From contig CACWXL010000017.1 in NCBI GenBank assembly GCA_902764825.1, positions 18,355 to 82,354 on the forward strand: a DNA stretch of 64,000 bases, written 5' to 3'. The translations under genes and the position numbers were made by a program. The notes beneath the pieces were generated by a model, which was not told the origin of the DNA, searched no databases, and saw only the letters and a program-made list of their open reading frames with translations. This DNA is from Oscillospiraceae bacterium. Lineage in GTDB: Bacteria; Bacillota; Clostridia; Saccharofermentanales; Saccharofermentanaceae. Of the stretch, positions 48,125 through 58,163 are shown piece after piece. How positions within the stretch are numbered: the stretch's first letter is position 1; each line of letters begins with the position of its first letter.

Positions 48125-48406
48125 ATGAGTAGATCAACCAAAAAGGGCTATTACGTTCAGGACGCTCTCATGAAGAAGGTCGAGGCGTTGAATGCAGCCA
48201 ACGACAAGAAGATCATCCAGACCTGGTCTAGAGCTTCTACGATTTTCCCTGAATTCGTCGGCCACACAATTGCTGTATACGACGGTCACAAGCATGTTCC
48301 GGTATACGTTACTGAGGACATGGTAGGACATAAGCTTGGCGAGTTCGCACCTACACGTAAGTTCGGCGGCCACACAAGCAACGAGAAGTCCGCTTCTAAC
48401 TCATAA
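48125..48406 (+). CDS. rpsS: 30S ribosomal protein S19
   Basis: [23 protein letters not shown]. Confidence 0.97.
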   Translation: MSRSTKKGYYVQDALMKKVEALNAANDKKIIQTWSRASTIFPEFVGHTIAVYDGHKHVPVYVTEDMVGHKLGEFAPTRKFGGHTSNEKSASNS

Positions 48407-48419
48407 GGAGGAAATTTCT

Positions 48420-48896
48420 GTGGAAAAGATTATTTTAAGCAGAGACAATATTGAGAAGAACCGCGAAAAGATCCTCGAAGCTTATGCGGCACCTTCCAAG
48501 TCTTCAAATAAGCTCCCCACTCCTACAAAGAAGCAGAGAAAGCTTCTCGGAATGGGAAGAGACAGAGGAACAGCAACAGCTAAGTACATTAGAATTGCTC
48601 CCCGTAAGGTAAGAGTAGTTGCTAATCTCATCAAGGGTAAGTCTTTAGATGATGCTTATGCTATCCTCACATACACTCCCAAGGCAGCATCACCTGTTAT
48701 CGCTAAGGTTCTGAAGTCTGCTGAAGCTAACGCTGTCAACAACTTCGATCTCTCCAGAGATAAGCTTTATGTTGCTGAGTGCATTTCCAACCCCGGCCCG
48801 GTTCTCAAGAGATACATCCCGAGAGCAAGAGGTTCGGCTAGTTCGATCAAGAAGAGAACAAGTCACGTTACTGTAGTTCTCAAGGAAAGGGTATAA
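48420..48896 (+). CDS. rplV: 50S ribosomal protein L22 with an N-terminal extension
   Basis: AAGGAGG followed by GTG at 48420; IRIAPRKVRVVANLIKGK, RARGSASSIKKRTSHVTV. Confidence 0.95.
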   Translation: MEKIILSRDNIEKNREKILEAYAAPSKSSNKLPTPTKKQRKLLGMGRDRGTATAKYIRIAPRKVRVVANLIKGKSLDDAYAILTYTPKAASPVIAKVLKSAEANAVNNFDLSRDKLYVAECISNPGPVLKRYIPRARGSASSIKKRTSHVTVVLKERV

Positions 48897-48908
48897 GGAG
48901 GTTTAAGC

Positions 48909-49658
48909 ATGGGTCAGAAAGTTAACCCGAATGGACTTAGAGTAGGCGTTATCGATGACTGGAGCTCACACTGGTATGCCGACAAGAAAACCTTTTCCGA
49001 TTGTCTTGTCGAAGATCAGAAGATCCGTGAGTTCGTTTTAAAGGCAGTTGAGCCTATCGCAAGAGGCAACGCCAAGAAGCCCGTAGACGAGAGCCGCACA
49101 AATGTTGCAGGCGTTTCCAAGGTCATCATCGACCGTAAGGGCACAGACAGAATCAACGTTATTGTTAAGACAGCTCGTCCTTCACTCGTAGGTGGAGACA
49201 AGGGCTCCGGAAGAATGGCTCTTAAGGATGCACTTGAGAAGGAATTCAACAAGAACGTATCCAAGGATAAGAAGAGAGTATTCACTGTTGATATCGAAGT
49301 TATCAAGAACAGTGATACAGATGCACTCCTCGTAGCTCAGAACATCGCTTCACAGCTTGAGAACCGTGCAAGCTTCAGAAGAGCAATGAAGAGAGCAATG
49401 CAGATGGCTATGAAGCAGCCCGGCGTTCTCGGAATCAAGACAAAGTGCTCCGGCCGTTTGGGCGGTGCCGAGATCGCAAGATCCGAGACATATCACGAGG
49501 GCACGATCCCGCTTCAGACACTCCGTGCTGATATCGATTACGGATTTGCAGAGGCAAAGACAACATACGGTATCATCGGCGTTAAAGTCTGGATCTACAA
49601 GGGTGAGGTATTCGGCCAGAAGAGCCAGTCAAAGAAGTCTGAAGGAGGAAAAGCTTAA
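48909..49658 (+). CDS. rpsC: 30S ribosomal protein S3
   Basis: [46 protein letters not shown]. Confidence 0.96.
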   Translation: MGQKVNPNGLRVGVIDDWSSHWYADKKTFSDCLVEDQKIREFVLKAVEPIARGNAKKPVDESRTNVAGVSKVIIDRKGTDRINVIVKTARPSLVGGDKGSGRMALKDALEKEFNKNVSKDKKRVFTVDIEVIKNSDTDALLVAQNIASQLENRASFRRAMKRAMQMAMKQPGVLGIKTKCSGRLGGAEIARSETYHEGTIPLQTLRADIDYGFAEAKTTYGIIGVKVWIYKGEVFGQKSQSKKSEGGKA

Positions 49659-50089
49659 TGTTACTTCCTAAGAGAACAAAGTATAGAAAGCAGCAGAGAG
49701 GCCGTATGAAGGGCCAGGCTCACCGCGGCAACTTCGTAGCTTACGGTGATTACGGACTTCAGGCACTTGAACCCTGCTGGATCAAGTCAAATCAGATCGA
49801 AGCAGCACGTATCGCAATCAACAGATACGTAAAGCGTGGCGGTAAGGTATGGATCAAGATCTTCCCTGATAAGCCGGTATCAAAGAAGCCTGCACAGGTC
49901 CGAATGGGTTCAGGTAAGGCAGCAAACGAGTACTGGTGCGCAGTAGTTAAGCCGGGCAGAGTTCTCTTCGAGATCGCAGGCGTTACTGAGGAACAGGCAA
50001 GAGAAGCAATGAGACTTGCAGGACACAAACTCCCTTGCAAGACAAAGTTTATCGCAAAGGTAAAGGAGGAAAGCACAAATGAAGGTTGA
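49658..50089 (+). CDS. rplP: 50S ribosomal protein L16
   Basis: [19 protein letters not shown]. Confidence 0.97.
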   Translation: MLLPKRTKYRKQQRGRMKGQAHRGNFVAYGDYGLQALEPCWIKSNQIEAARIAINRYVKRGGKVWIKIFPDKPVSKKPAQVRMGSGKAANEYWCAVVKPGRVLFEIAGVTEEQAREAMRLAGHKLPCKTKFIAKVKEESTNEG

Positions 50090-50279
50090 AGAAATCCGCA
50101 AGATGTCTGATGAAGAACTTTCTTCTGAGCTCGCCTCTTTGAAGGAAGAACTCTTCAAGCTCCGCTTCCAGCATGCAACAAACCAGCTCGATAATCCGGC
50201 TCAGATTGCACAGGTTAAGCGTGATATCGCAAGAGTAATGACAATTCAGCGCGAGAAGCAGCTCGCTGCTAATAAGTAA
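50079..50279 (+). CDS. rpmC: 50S ribosomal protein L29
   Basis: [17 protein letters not shown]...DIARVMT. Confidence 0.96.
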   Translation: MKVEEIRKMSDEELSSELASLKEELFKLRFQHATNQLDNPAQIAQVKRDIARVMTIQREKQLAANK

Positions 50280-50293
50280 GGAGGAGACGACAA

Positions 50294-50551
50294 ATGGCTG
50301 AGAGAAATTTAAGAAAAACCAGAGTCGGTCTCGTTACATCCGACAAAATGGATAAGACGATCACAGTTTCCGTCGTAGAGCACGTTAAGCACCCTCTTTA
50401 CGGAAAGATCATGAAGAGAACATACAAGCTTAAGGCTCACGATGAGAACAATGAAGCTCACGAGGGCGATAAGGTTGAGGTTATGGAGACACGCCCGATT
50501 TCCAAGGATAAGCGTTGGAGACTCGTAAGTGTCGTTGAGAAGGCTAAGTAA
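50294..50551 (+). CDS. rpsQ: 30S ribosomal protein S17
   Basis: [27 protein letters not shown]. Confidence 0.97.
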   Translation: MAERNLRKTRVGLVTSDKMDKTITVSVVEHVKHPLYGKIMKRTYKLKAHDENNEAHEGDKVEVMETRPISKDKRWRLVSVVEKAK

Positions 50552-50575
50552 GGCGATTAAAGGAGGATATATCAG

Positions 50576-50944
50576 ATGATTCAGGTTGAATCCAGACTCA
50601 GATCTGCCGACAACACCGGAGCAAAAGAGCTTCTCTGCATCAAAGTATTGGGTGGCTCTTGGAGAAAGTACGCCAACATCGGCGACGTTATCGTTTGCTC
50701 CGTAAAGAGCGCTGCTCCCGGCGGCATGGTCAAGAAGGGTGATGTAGTTAAGGCAGTTGTCGTACGTTCCAAGCAGGGCGTAAGACGTAACGACGGCTCA
50801 TATATCAAGTTCGACGAGAATGCGGCAGTCATCATTAAGGAAGACAAGAATCCCCGCGGAACTCGTATTTTTGGACCCATAGCAAGAGAGTTAAGAGATA
50901 AGGATTACATGAAGATCCTGTCTCTCGCTCCGGAAGTTCTTTAA
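50576..50944 (+). CDS. rplN: 50S ribosomal protein L14
   Basis: [28 protein letters not shown]. Confidence 0.98.
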   Translation: MIQVESRLRSADNTGAKELLCIKVLGGSWRKYANIGDVIVCSVKSAAPGGMVKKGDVVKAVVVRSKQGVRRNDGSYIKFDENAAVIIKEDKNPRGTRIFGPIARELRDKDYMKILSLAPEVL

Positions 50945-50958
50945 GGAGGAATAGACAC

Positions 50959-51312
50959 ATGGCTAAGAGTAGTGTTCATGTAAAGAAAGACGACCAGGTC
51001 ATTGTCATTTCCGGCAAGGACAAGGGCGCAAAGGGTAAGGTTCTCATGGTAGATGAGAAGAAGGGCAGAGTTTACGTTGAAGGCGTAAATATGGTCAAGA
51101 AGCATCAGAAGGCAAGAACTCAGACAGCTCCTTCCGGAATTGTTGAGCGTGAAGGCTCTATCGATGCATCCAACGTAATGCTCGTTGACCCCAAGACAGG
51201 CAAGCCTACGAGAGTTGGCTACCGTATCAACGAAGACGGTTCCAAGTCCAGGATCGCTAAGAGATCCGGCGAGGTCATCGATACGGTTTCTAAGGCTAAG
51301 AAGGGGGAATAA
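50959..51312 (+). CDS. rplX: 50S ribosomal protein L24
   Basis: VKKDDQVIVISGKDKG KOW motif, VEGVN. Confidence 0.96.
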   Translation: MAKSSVHVKKDDQVIVISGKDKGAKGKVLMVDEKKGRVYVEGVNMVKKHQKARTQTAPSGIVEREGSIDASNVMLVDPKTGKPTRVGYRINEDGSKSRIAKRSGEVIDTVSKAKKGE

Positions 51313-51315
51313 TCA

Positions 51316-51855
51316 ATGACCAGATTAAAGGATAAGTACATTTCCGAAGTAGCACCCGCACTTCAGGAGAAGTTCAAGTACAGCTCACCTATGCAGATCC
51401 CGAAGGTCGACAAGATCGTCCTCAACATGGGTGTCGGTGAGGTTAAGGATAACCCGAAGGCTCTTGAGAGCGCTATGCGTGACATGGGCATCATCGCAGG
51501 TCAGAAGCCTGTAGCAACAACAGCAACAAAGTCAATCGCAGCCTTCAAGCTCAGAGAGGGCATGAAGATCGGATGCAAGGTTACTTTGAGAGGCGATAAT
51601 ATGTATTACTTCCTCGACAAGCTCGTAAGCCTTGCTCTTCCTCGTGTACGTGACTTCCGTGGAATCAATCCCAATTCTTTCGACGGTCACGGTAACTATG
51701 CGATGGGTATCAAGGAGCAGCTCATGTTCCCTGAAATCGACTACGATAAGATCGACAAGATTCGCGGTATGGACATCATCATTGTTACTACTGCCGGAAC
51801 AGACGAAGAGGCATTCGAGCTCTTGAAGCTCATGGGCATGCCTTTCCGCAAGTAA
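51316..51855 (+). CDS. rplE: 50S ribosomal protein L5
   Basis: [29 protein letters not shown]. Confidence 0.97.
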   Translation: MTRLKDKYISEVAPALQEKFKYSSPMQIPKVDKIVLNMGVGEVKDNPKALESAMRDMGIIAGQKPVATTATKSIAAFKLREGMKIGCKVTLRGDNMYYFLDKLVSLALPRVRDFRGINPNSFDGHGNYAMGIKEQLMFPEIDYDKIDKIRGMDIIIVTTAGTDEEAFELLKLMGMPFRK

Positions 51856-51873
51856 TTTGGAGGAGAATAACAC

Positions 51874-52059
51874 ATGGCAAAGAAGTCAATGATTCTTAAG
51901 TCTCAGAAGACACCCAAGTTTTCCACTCAGCAGCATAACCGTTGCAAGATCTGCGGAAGACCTCATGCTTATATCCGTAAGTACGGCATCTGCCGTCTCT
52001 GCTTCCGCGATTTGGCATACAAGGGAGAGATTCCGGGCGTAAGAAAGGCAAGCTGGTAA
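51874..52059 (+). CDS. rpsZ: 30S ribosomal protein S14 type Z (zinc-binding)
   Basis: 61 aa with CKICGRP...CRLCFR. Confidence 0.95.
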   Translation: MAKKSMILKSQKTPKFSTQQHNRCKICGRPHAYIRKYGICRLCFRDLAYKGEIPGVRKASW

Positions 52060-52112
52060 CAGTTTTCTTTCTTAAGAATTAGAACTGTCCATATTTAACA
52101 GGAGGAAGAATT

Positions 52113-52508
52113 ATGCAGATTACAGATGCAATCGCAGATATGCTTACAAGAATCCGCAATGCCGGTACTGCTGGACACGCTACAGTTGATGTTCCCCAGT
52201 CCAACATGAAGAAGGCTATTGCTCAGATTCTCCTTGATGAAGGATACATTGAGAAGTTTGAGACACTCGAGGGAAATACTCAGGGTGTTATCAGGATCAC
52301 ACTCAAGTATTCGGGCAGAAAGCCGGTTATCTCCGGAATCAAGAGAATCTCCAAGCCGGGTCTTCGTACCTATGCGGATAAAGAGAATCTGCCTCGCGTA
52401 CTCAATGGCTTAGGCGTTGCTATCATCTCTACATCTAAGGGTGTTATGACTGATAAGCAGGCTAGAAAGCTTGGTGTAGGCGGCGAAGTTCTCGCTTATA
52501 TTTGGTAA
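52113..52508 (+). CDS. rpsH: 30S ribosomal protein S8
   Basis: [32 protein letters not shown]. Confidence 0.97.
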   Translation: MQITDAIADMLTRIRNAGTAGHATVDVPQSNMKKAIAQILLDEGYIEKFETLEGNTQGVIRITLKYSGRKPVISGIKRISKPGLRTYADKENLPRVLNGLGVAIISTSKGVMTDKQARKLGVGGEVLAYIW

Positions 52509-52622
52509 TTTTGGGAAGGTCTCGAAAAGGGATCTTCTTAAAATATATACATCTCTGAAAAGCCCCGTTTTTGGCGACATACCGGAGCGGAGGTTAAATC
52601 TTAAGAGCAGGAGGAAAAATTT

Positions 52623-53162
52623 ATGTCAAGAATCGGCAGAATGCCCATAGTCGTTCCTGCAGGCGTTGATGTTAAGATCGACGGCCAGCATGTAACGGTT
52701 AAGGGCGGCAAAGCAGAGCTCTCACTTGATGTTCATCCGGACATCACAGTAAAGCTGGAGGATGGACAGATCACAGTTACACGTCCTTCCGATGATAAGA
52801 ATCATCGTTCACTCCACGGTCTTACAAGAGCTCTCATTCAGAATATGGTAACCGGCGTACACGAAGGTTTCTCCAAGACATTGGAGATCAACGGCGTAGG
52901 TTACAGAGCATCTAAGGCTGGAAACAAGGTTACATTCAACCTTGGTTATTCACATCCTATCGAGATGGTTGAACCCGATGGCATCACAATCGATGTAAAA
53001 GACAACCAGGTCATCGTACAGGGAGCTGACAAGCAGCTCGTTGGCGAGACAGCAGCAAAGATCCGTTCTCTTAGAGTTCCTGATGTTTATAAGGGCAAGG
53101 GTATTAAGTATGCCGGCGAGCACCTTATCATCAAGGAAGGTAAGACCGGTGCTAAGAAGTAA
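52623..53162 (+). CDS. rplF: 50S ribosomal protein L6
   Basis: MSRIGRMP, LGYSHP, DVYKGKGIKY. Confidence 0.97.
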   Translation: MSRIGRMPIVVPAGVDVKIDGQHVTVKGGKAELSLDVHPDITVKLEDGQITVTRPSDDKNHRSLHGLTRALIQNMVTGVHEGFSKTLEINGVGYRASKAGNKVTFNLGYSHPIEMVEPDGITIDVKDNQVIVQGADKQLVGETAAKIRSLRVPDVYKGKGIKYAGEHLIIKEGKTGAKK

Positions 53163-53185
53163 GGCGCAAAGGGGGTTAATTCAAC

Positions 53186-53554
53186 ATGATTGGTAGAATT
53201 GATAAAAACGAAATTCGCAAGAGAAAGCATGTTCGTGTAAGAAAGAAGATTTCCGGAACAACAGAGTGCCCTCGTCTTTGCGTATATAGAAGCAACAGCC
53301 ACATTTACGCTCAGATCATCGATGATACACAGGGAGTTACACTTGTTAGTGCTTCTACACTCGACAAGGAGATCAAGGGCTCCGTATCCGTTGGCAGCAA
53401 CATCGAGGCAGCTAAAGCAGTAGGCAAGCTTATCGGTGAGCGCGCTATTGCCAAGGATATCAAGGAAGTAGTCTTCGACCGTGGCGGATATCTCTATCAC
53501 GGAAGAGTACAGGCTTTGGCAGAGGCGGCAAGAGAAGCCGGTCTCTCATTCTAA
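53186..53554 (+). CDS. rplR: 50S ribosomal protein L18
   Basis: [27 protein letters not shown]. Confidence 0.97.
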   Translation: MIGRIDKNEIRKRKHVRVRKKISGTTECPRLCVYRSNSHIYAQIIDDTQGVTLVSASTLDKEIKGSVSVGSNIEAAKAVGKLIGERAIAKDIKEVVFDRGGYLYHGRVQALAEAAREAGLSF

Positions 53555-53572
53555 TCGGGAGGAGCAAATTAG

Positions 53573-54091
53573 ATGGCTTTAGAGTCTAAGAACATTTCAA
53601 GAGAAGAAAAGAAGGATAAAGAGTTCGAAGAGCGCGTTATCCACATCGGCCGTGTTTCCAAGACTGTTAAGGGCGGTAAGAACATGAGATTTGCTGCTCT
53701 CGTAGTTATCGGCGACAGAAAGGGCCGTGTAGGTAAGGGCATCGGTAAGTCTACCGAAGTTCCGGACGCTATCAGAAAGGGTATCGAAGAAGCTAAGAAG
53801 AACATCGTTGATGTTTCTATCGTTAACGGTACTATCCCTCACGAGACAATCGGTGAATTCGCTGCAGCTCACATCGTTATGAAGCCTGCTGCAAACGGTA
53901 CCGGTGTTATCGCCGGCGGTCCTGTCCGTTCAGTTTGCGAACTCGCAGGTATCACAGATATCCGTACAAAGTCTATCGGATCCAACAATCCTAATAACAT
54001 GGTCAACGCTACTATCGAGGGCCTTAAGTCCTTGAAGTCCGTCGAGGAAGTTGCAAGACTCCGCGGCAAGTCTGTTGACGAGATTAAGTAA
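53573..54091 (+). CDS. rpsE: 30S ribosomal protein S5
   Basis: [22 protein letters not shown]. Confidence 0.97.
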   Translation: MALESKNISREEKKDKEFEERVIHIGRVSKTVKGGKNMRFAALVVIGDRKGRVGKGIGKSTEVPDAIRKGIEEAKKNIVDVSIVNGTIPHETIGEFAAAHIVMKPAANGTGVIAGGPVRSVCELAGITDIRTKSIGSNNPNNMVNATIEGLKSLKSVEEVARLRGKSVDEIK

Positions 54092-54106
54092 GGAGGCCCG
54101 CTTTAA

Positions 54107-54286
54107 ATGGCTAACATCAAGATTACGCTTGTCAAGAGCATTAATAAGGCAAGAGAGTCCGAGAAGGCTACAGTTAGAGCTTTGGGCTTAAGAAAGATCG
54201 GTCAGACTGTTGAGAAGGCTGACAATGAGGCTACACGCGGCATGATCAAGAAGGCTGTTAACTACGTAGCCGTAGAAGAGAATTAA
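54107..54286 (+). CDS. rpmD: 50S ribosomal protein L30 (absent from the ORF track)
   Basis: Hand translation MANIKITLVKSINKARESEKATVRALGLRKIGQTVEKADNEATRGMIKKAVNYVAVEEN (59 aa); AGGAGG RBS; lies between rpsE and rplO. Confidence 0.93.
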   Translation: MANIKITLVKSINKARESEKATVRALGLRKIGQTVEKADNEATRGMIKKAVNYVAVEEN

Positions 54287-54298
54287 TGGAGGTGCCAC

Positions 54299-54742
54299 AT
54301 GAAGCTCAATGAAATGACTTCCGCAGGCAACGCAAAAGCATATCGTAAGGGTAGAGGTCCCGGATCCGGCAACGGTAAGACATCCGGCCGTGGCCACAAG
54401 GGTCAGAACGCTCGTTCCGGCGGCGGTGTACGTCCCGGTTTCGAAGGTGGTCAGATGCCCCTTTACAGACGTCTCCCTAAGAGAGGCTTCAACAACAAGA
54501 GATTTGCTCCTGCTTACATTGAAGTAAACATCGGAGATCTTGAGGTTTTCGATAACGGAACAGCAGTAGATGCTAAGGCTCTTTCTGAGAAGGGCATCAT
54601 CACTCTTCCTAAGAACAACGACGGCGTCAAGATTCTCGGCAACGGTGAGCTCACAAAGAAGCTCGATGTAACAGCTGCTAAGTTCACAGCTTCAGCAAAA
54701 GAGAAGATTGAGAAGGCCGGAGGCACGGCTACGGAGGGCTAA
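54299..54742 (+). CDS. rplO: 50S ribosomal protein L15
   Basis: [37 protein letters not shown]. Confidence 0.97.
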   Translation: MKLNEMTSAGNAKAYRKGRGPGSGNGKTSGRGHKGQNARSGGGVRPGFEGGQMPLYRRLPKRGFNNKRFAPAYIEVNIGDLEVFDNGTAVDAKALSEKGIITLPKNNDGVKILGNGELTKKLDVTAAKFTASAKEKIEKAGGTATEG

Positions 54743-54747
54743 TAGGC

Positions 54748-56091
54748 ATGAACGGTATTTTCGATACTGCAGTAAACGCTTTTCGTGTAGAGTCTATACG
54801 CAAAAGACTGCTCTATACCTTCATGATCCTGGGCATCTTCATGCTCGGCGGCCTCGTTCCCGTACCGGGAATTGACGGTGCAGAGTTCACTAATGTTATC
54901 CGTCAGTGGGGCCAGCTCGGCAGCATCATGGATCTCATCTCAGGTGGTGGCCTTATGCATGCCTCCATCCTGTCCCTTGGTGTATCACCTTACATCAACG
55001 CATCGATTATCATTCAGCTTCTTACTGTTGTAATCCCTGCTTTGGAAGAAATGTCCAAAGAAGGTGAGTCCGGCAGAAAGAAGATGGACAAGATCACACG
55101 TGTTTCGGCAATCGTACTGGCATTTGTCCAGTCCTGCCTCTTCTGCTACTCAACACGTTCTGCATTAAATGCCGCTCTTCCTACATGGCTTAATGCAGCA
55201 CTCGTTGTTCTTGTATTCACTGCAGGTGCCGCAATCGTCGTATTCTTAGGTGAGAAGATCAACGATAAGGGTATCGGAAACGGTGTATCTTTGATAATCT
55301 TCGCAGGTATCGTTACACGTCTTCCTGACATGGCAAGAACACTTTATGAGAAGTGTGTTGATATCAGCGACTCTATCGAGAATGCGGTTTTGGGATCTAT
55401 TGTCGGAGTTCTTGTATTTATCGCGGTAACAGCTATCTCGATAACGATCATCGTATTCGTTCTTTATGTTCAGAATGCTGAGAGAAGAATTCCCGTCCAG
55501 TATTCAAAGAAGGTTATCGGCAGACAGACAAGAGGCGGTAACAGGGACTATATCCCGCTCAAGGTTAACATGTCCGGTGTTATGCCTGTTATCTTCACAA
55601 TGTCACTTTTGGCTGTTCCTTCTATTATCGTTAACCTGTTCTTCAACAACAGTCAAAATACGGTAGTTACCTGGATCAAAGAAACATTTACCGGAAGTGC
55701 TTACTATTACATAATCTACTTCCTTCTCGTAATCGCGTTTACTTTCTTCTACACACAGATCAATTTCCATCCTGTAGAGATCGCAAACAACATTACAAAG
55801 AACGGCGGTATGATCAACGGCATCAGATCCGGTAAGCCTACAACTGATTTCATCAAGACAACGGCTTTCAGACTTAACTGGGTCGAGGCATTCTTCCTCG
55901 TACTCGTCTGCATCGTTCCGACTATAATCGGTATCCTTACAGGCTTCCAGAACGTCTGGTTTGCAGGTACATCAGTATTGATCCTTACCGGCGTTGCAAA
56001 TGACCTGATCGTTCAGGTTGAAGGTGAACTTGAGATCAGAAGTCCTAAGGGCTTCCTGGAAGATCTTACGATCAAGACAGGCAGAAGATAA
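54748..56091 (+). CDS. secY: Preprotein translocase subunit SecY
   Basis: LGVSPYINASIIIQLL, GIGNGVSLIIFAGI, IPLKVNMSGVMPVIF, GIRSG. Confidence 0.96.
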   Translation: MNGIFDTAVNAFRVESIRKRLLYTFMILGIFMLGGLVPVPGIDGAEFTNVIRQWGQLGSIMDLISGGGLMHASILSLGVSPYINASIIIQLLTVVIPALEEMSKEGESGRKKMDKITRVSAIVLAFVQSCLFCYSTRSALNAALPTWLNAALVVLVFTAGAAIVVFLGEKINDKGIGNGVSLIIFAGIVTRLPDMARTLYEKCVDISDSIENAVLGSIVGVLVFIAVTAISITIIVFVLYVQNAERRIPVQYSKKVIGRQTRGGNRDYIPLKVNMSGVMPVIFTMSLLAVPSIIVNLFFNNSQNTVVTWIKETFTGSAYYYIIYFLLVIAFTFFYTQINFHPVEIANNITKNGGMINGIRSGKPTTDFIKTTAFRLNWVEAFFLVLVCIVPTIIGILTGFQNVWFAGTSVLILTGVANDLIVQVEGELEIRSPKGFLEDLTIKTGRR

Positions 56092-56119
56092 TAATCACTG
56101 CATAAAAAGTATTATTCAA

Positions 56120-56152
56120 GAGGCTGGCTCATCTGAGTCAGCCTCTATTTTT
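56120..56152 (+). terminator. Terminator ending the S10-spc operon after secY
   Basis: GAGGCTGGCTC-ATCT-GAGTCAGCCTC-TATTTTT. Confidence 0.75.
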
Positions 56153-56189
56153 ATGTCAAAGTGTCTATATCTGGATTATAATAAGCCCT

Positions 56190-57323
56190 ATGGGAAACAT
56201 GATCGACTATCTTACATGGAGGGGCGACCTGCCCTTCTCGAAAGATCCTTTTAACAGCATCGACGCAGCTCTTCTGTCGTCGCTCTCTTATATTGATTTT
56301 ACGGATGTAGTTCCCGCCAAGGGAATGGGCAAGGTCACGATGAGGGAAGCTGCAAGGGTGTTCTTCAAGCTGCATTCGGAAGAAGAACTTGCAAAGGATA
56401 AGTCGTTCATCAATTTCTGTCCTTCAATCTTAAGGGCTCTTGCAAACAGTGACAGGTTCAAGGGCGCCATGCTCTCGAACTTCGTTGACGATACCGATAT
56501 CGGAAGGGAGATCCAGTTTGGAGCGCTCGAGATCGAGACATCGGACGGAATAGCCTTCATCTCATTCAGAGGTACGGACGACCGTATTATCGGATGGAAG
56601 GAAGACTTTAATCTCAGCTACATGACGGTTCCTGCCGAGACAGAAGCAGTGCTCTATCTTCAGGAAATCATGGGCAGAAGGACACAGGAGATCCGTCTTG
56701 GCGGTCATTCCAAAGGCGGACATCTGGCGATCTATGCCGCTACGCTGGCCCAGCCTGAGATCGCTGAGAGAATAAAGAACATCTACAGTTTTGACGGCCC
56801 GGGGTTCGGCTTTAACAAGGGAATACTAGAATCGCCGCAGTTCACGTTCATTCAGCAGAAGATCGAGAAATACATTCCGCAGACATCTATTGTCGGAAGA
56901 CTTCTGACCGGTACCGTGGAGCCCGTCGTTGTAAAGAGCAATGAACTGGGAATAATGCAGCATAATCCGCTTTCCTGGGAGCTTGAGGGCAAGGAATTCC
57001 ATACGCTTGCTTCACCCGACAAGGTGAGCGATACATTTGCCGAGACACTTTCATCCTGGCTCGACGAGATGAGCTTTATCCAGAGAAAAGTTTTTGTCGA
57101 TGATCTTTTCTCTGTTTTCGAGGCCTCGGGATGCGATACAATGAGCGCCATGACAAAGATCGGCATAAGGGGAACAAAGGCAATGATCACCCGTATGCGT
57201 CAGATAAACGATTCGGGAGACAAGGTAAGGACTCTTGTCAAACTGTTCTTCGTGAACCTCGATGTCGTCAAGGAAGGCAAAGAAGCGCTCGTTGCCAATA
57301 TAAAAAAGAACGGAAACAAATAA
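56190..57323 (+). CDS. DUF2974/Mbeg1-like alpha/beta hydrolase
   Basis: DYLTWRGDL, FRGTDD, GWKEDFN, GHSKGG nucleophile elbow, SFDGPGF. Confidence 0.85.
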   Translation: MGNMIDYLTWRGDLPFSKDPFNSIDAALLSSLSYIDFTDVVPAKGMGKVTMREAARVFFKLHSEEELAKDKSFINFCPSILRALANSDRFKGAMLSNFVDDTDIGREIQFGALEIETSDGIAFISFRGTDDRIIGWKEDFNLSYMTVPAETEAVLYLQEIMGRRTQEIRLGGHSKGGHLAIYAATLAQPEIAERIKNIYSFDGPGFGFNKGILESPQFTFIQQKIEKYIPQTSIVGRLLTGTVEPVVVKSNELGIMQHNPLSWELEGKEFHTLASPDKVSDTFAETLSSWLDEMSFIQRKVFVDDLFSVFEASGCDTMSAMTKIGIRGTKAMITRMRQINDSGDKVRTLVKLFFVNLDVVKEGKEALVANIKKNGNK

Positions 57324-57326
57324 TCA

Positions 57327-57875
57327 ATGCTTTACATAATGAGACACGGGAAGACCGACTGGAATCTTTTGCACAAACTCCAGGGTCAAACGGATATTCC
57401 GCTTAATGACATGGGAAGAAAGATGGCCAGAGAGGCCGGAGAACGTTATAAGGATATCCACTTTGATGTCTGCTACTGCTCTCCGCTCGTAAGGGCCAGA
57501 GAGACTGCCAGGCTCGTTTTAGAGGGCAGGGATGTGCCGGTAATAATAGATGACAGGCTCGCTGAGATGGGATTCGGCATCTACGAAGGCACCGAGGAAG
57601 TGTTCGAAAAGCCTGAGTGCCCGGTAAGAGTACTTTTCTTCAATCCGGAAAAGTATGAGGCTGTGGGCGGCGCTGAGAGCCTGGAGTCCCTTATCAAAAG
57701 GACAAGTGAGTTCTTGGAAGAGGTGGCAATGCCTTTGGTCAACGAAGGAAAGGATGTTCTTATCTTGGGGCACGGCGCAATGAACTCTGCGATCATAGGC
57801 AATATAAGGCATAAAGATCTTAAGGATTTCTGGGCCGAAGGCATCGAAAACTGCAAGCTTATTAAGCTCCTGTGA
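57327..57875 (+). CDS. Histidine phosphatase family protein
   Basis: MRHGKTDWN, SPLVRARET, GHGA. Confidence 0.88.
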   Translation: MLYIMRHGKTDWNLLHKLQGQTDIPLNDMGRKMAREAGERYKDIHFDVCYCSPLVRARETARLVLEGRDVPVIIDDRLAEMGFGIYEGTEEVFEKPECPVRVLFFNPEKYEAVGGAESLESLIKRTSEFLEEVAMPLVNEGKDVLILGHGAMNSAIIGNIRHKDLKDFWAEGIENCKLIKLL

Positions 57876-58163
57876 TATTTCCCCATAAAAGGAGCGACCA
57901 CCCGGGAAAGGGTGGCCGCAAATATGGGGATAATAGGAATAGAAAAATGTCTTTGTTGATAACTGAAGTATAGTTGATTTATTCGTGAATTTCAACGACA
58001 TAAATTTAATGATTATTAAATGATATTTGAAAGAAATATTAAGTGTTTTATCGTTATATTAACGAAGGGACACTATTTTTTTCCCTTTTTATTAATAAGT
58101 AAGGCCGAAAAGCATGCTTTCCGGCCCTACCTAACGGGAAGTCTGAAGCAAAAAAACTCCAGC

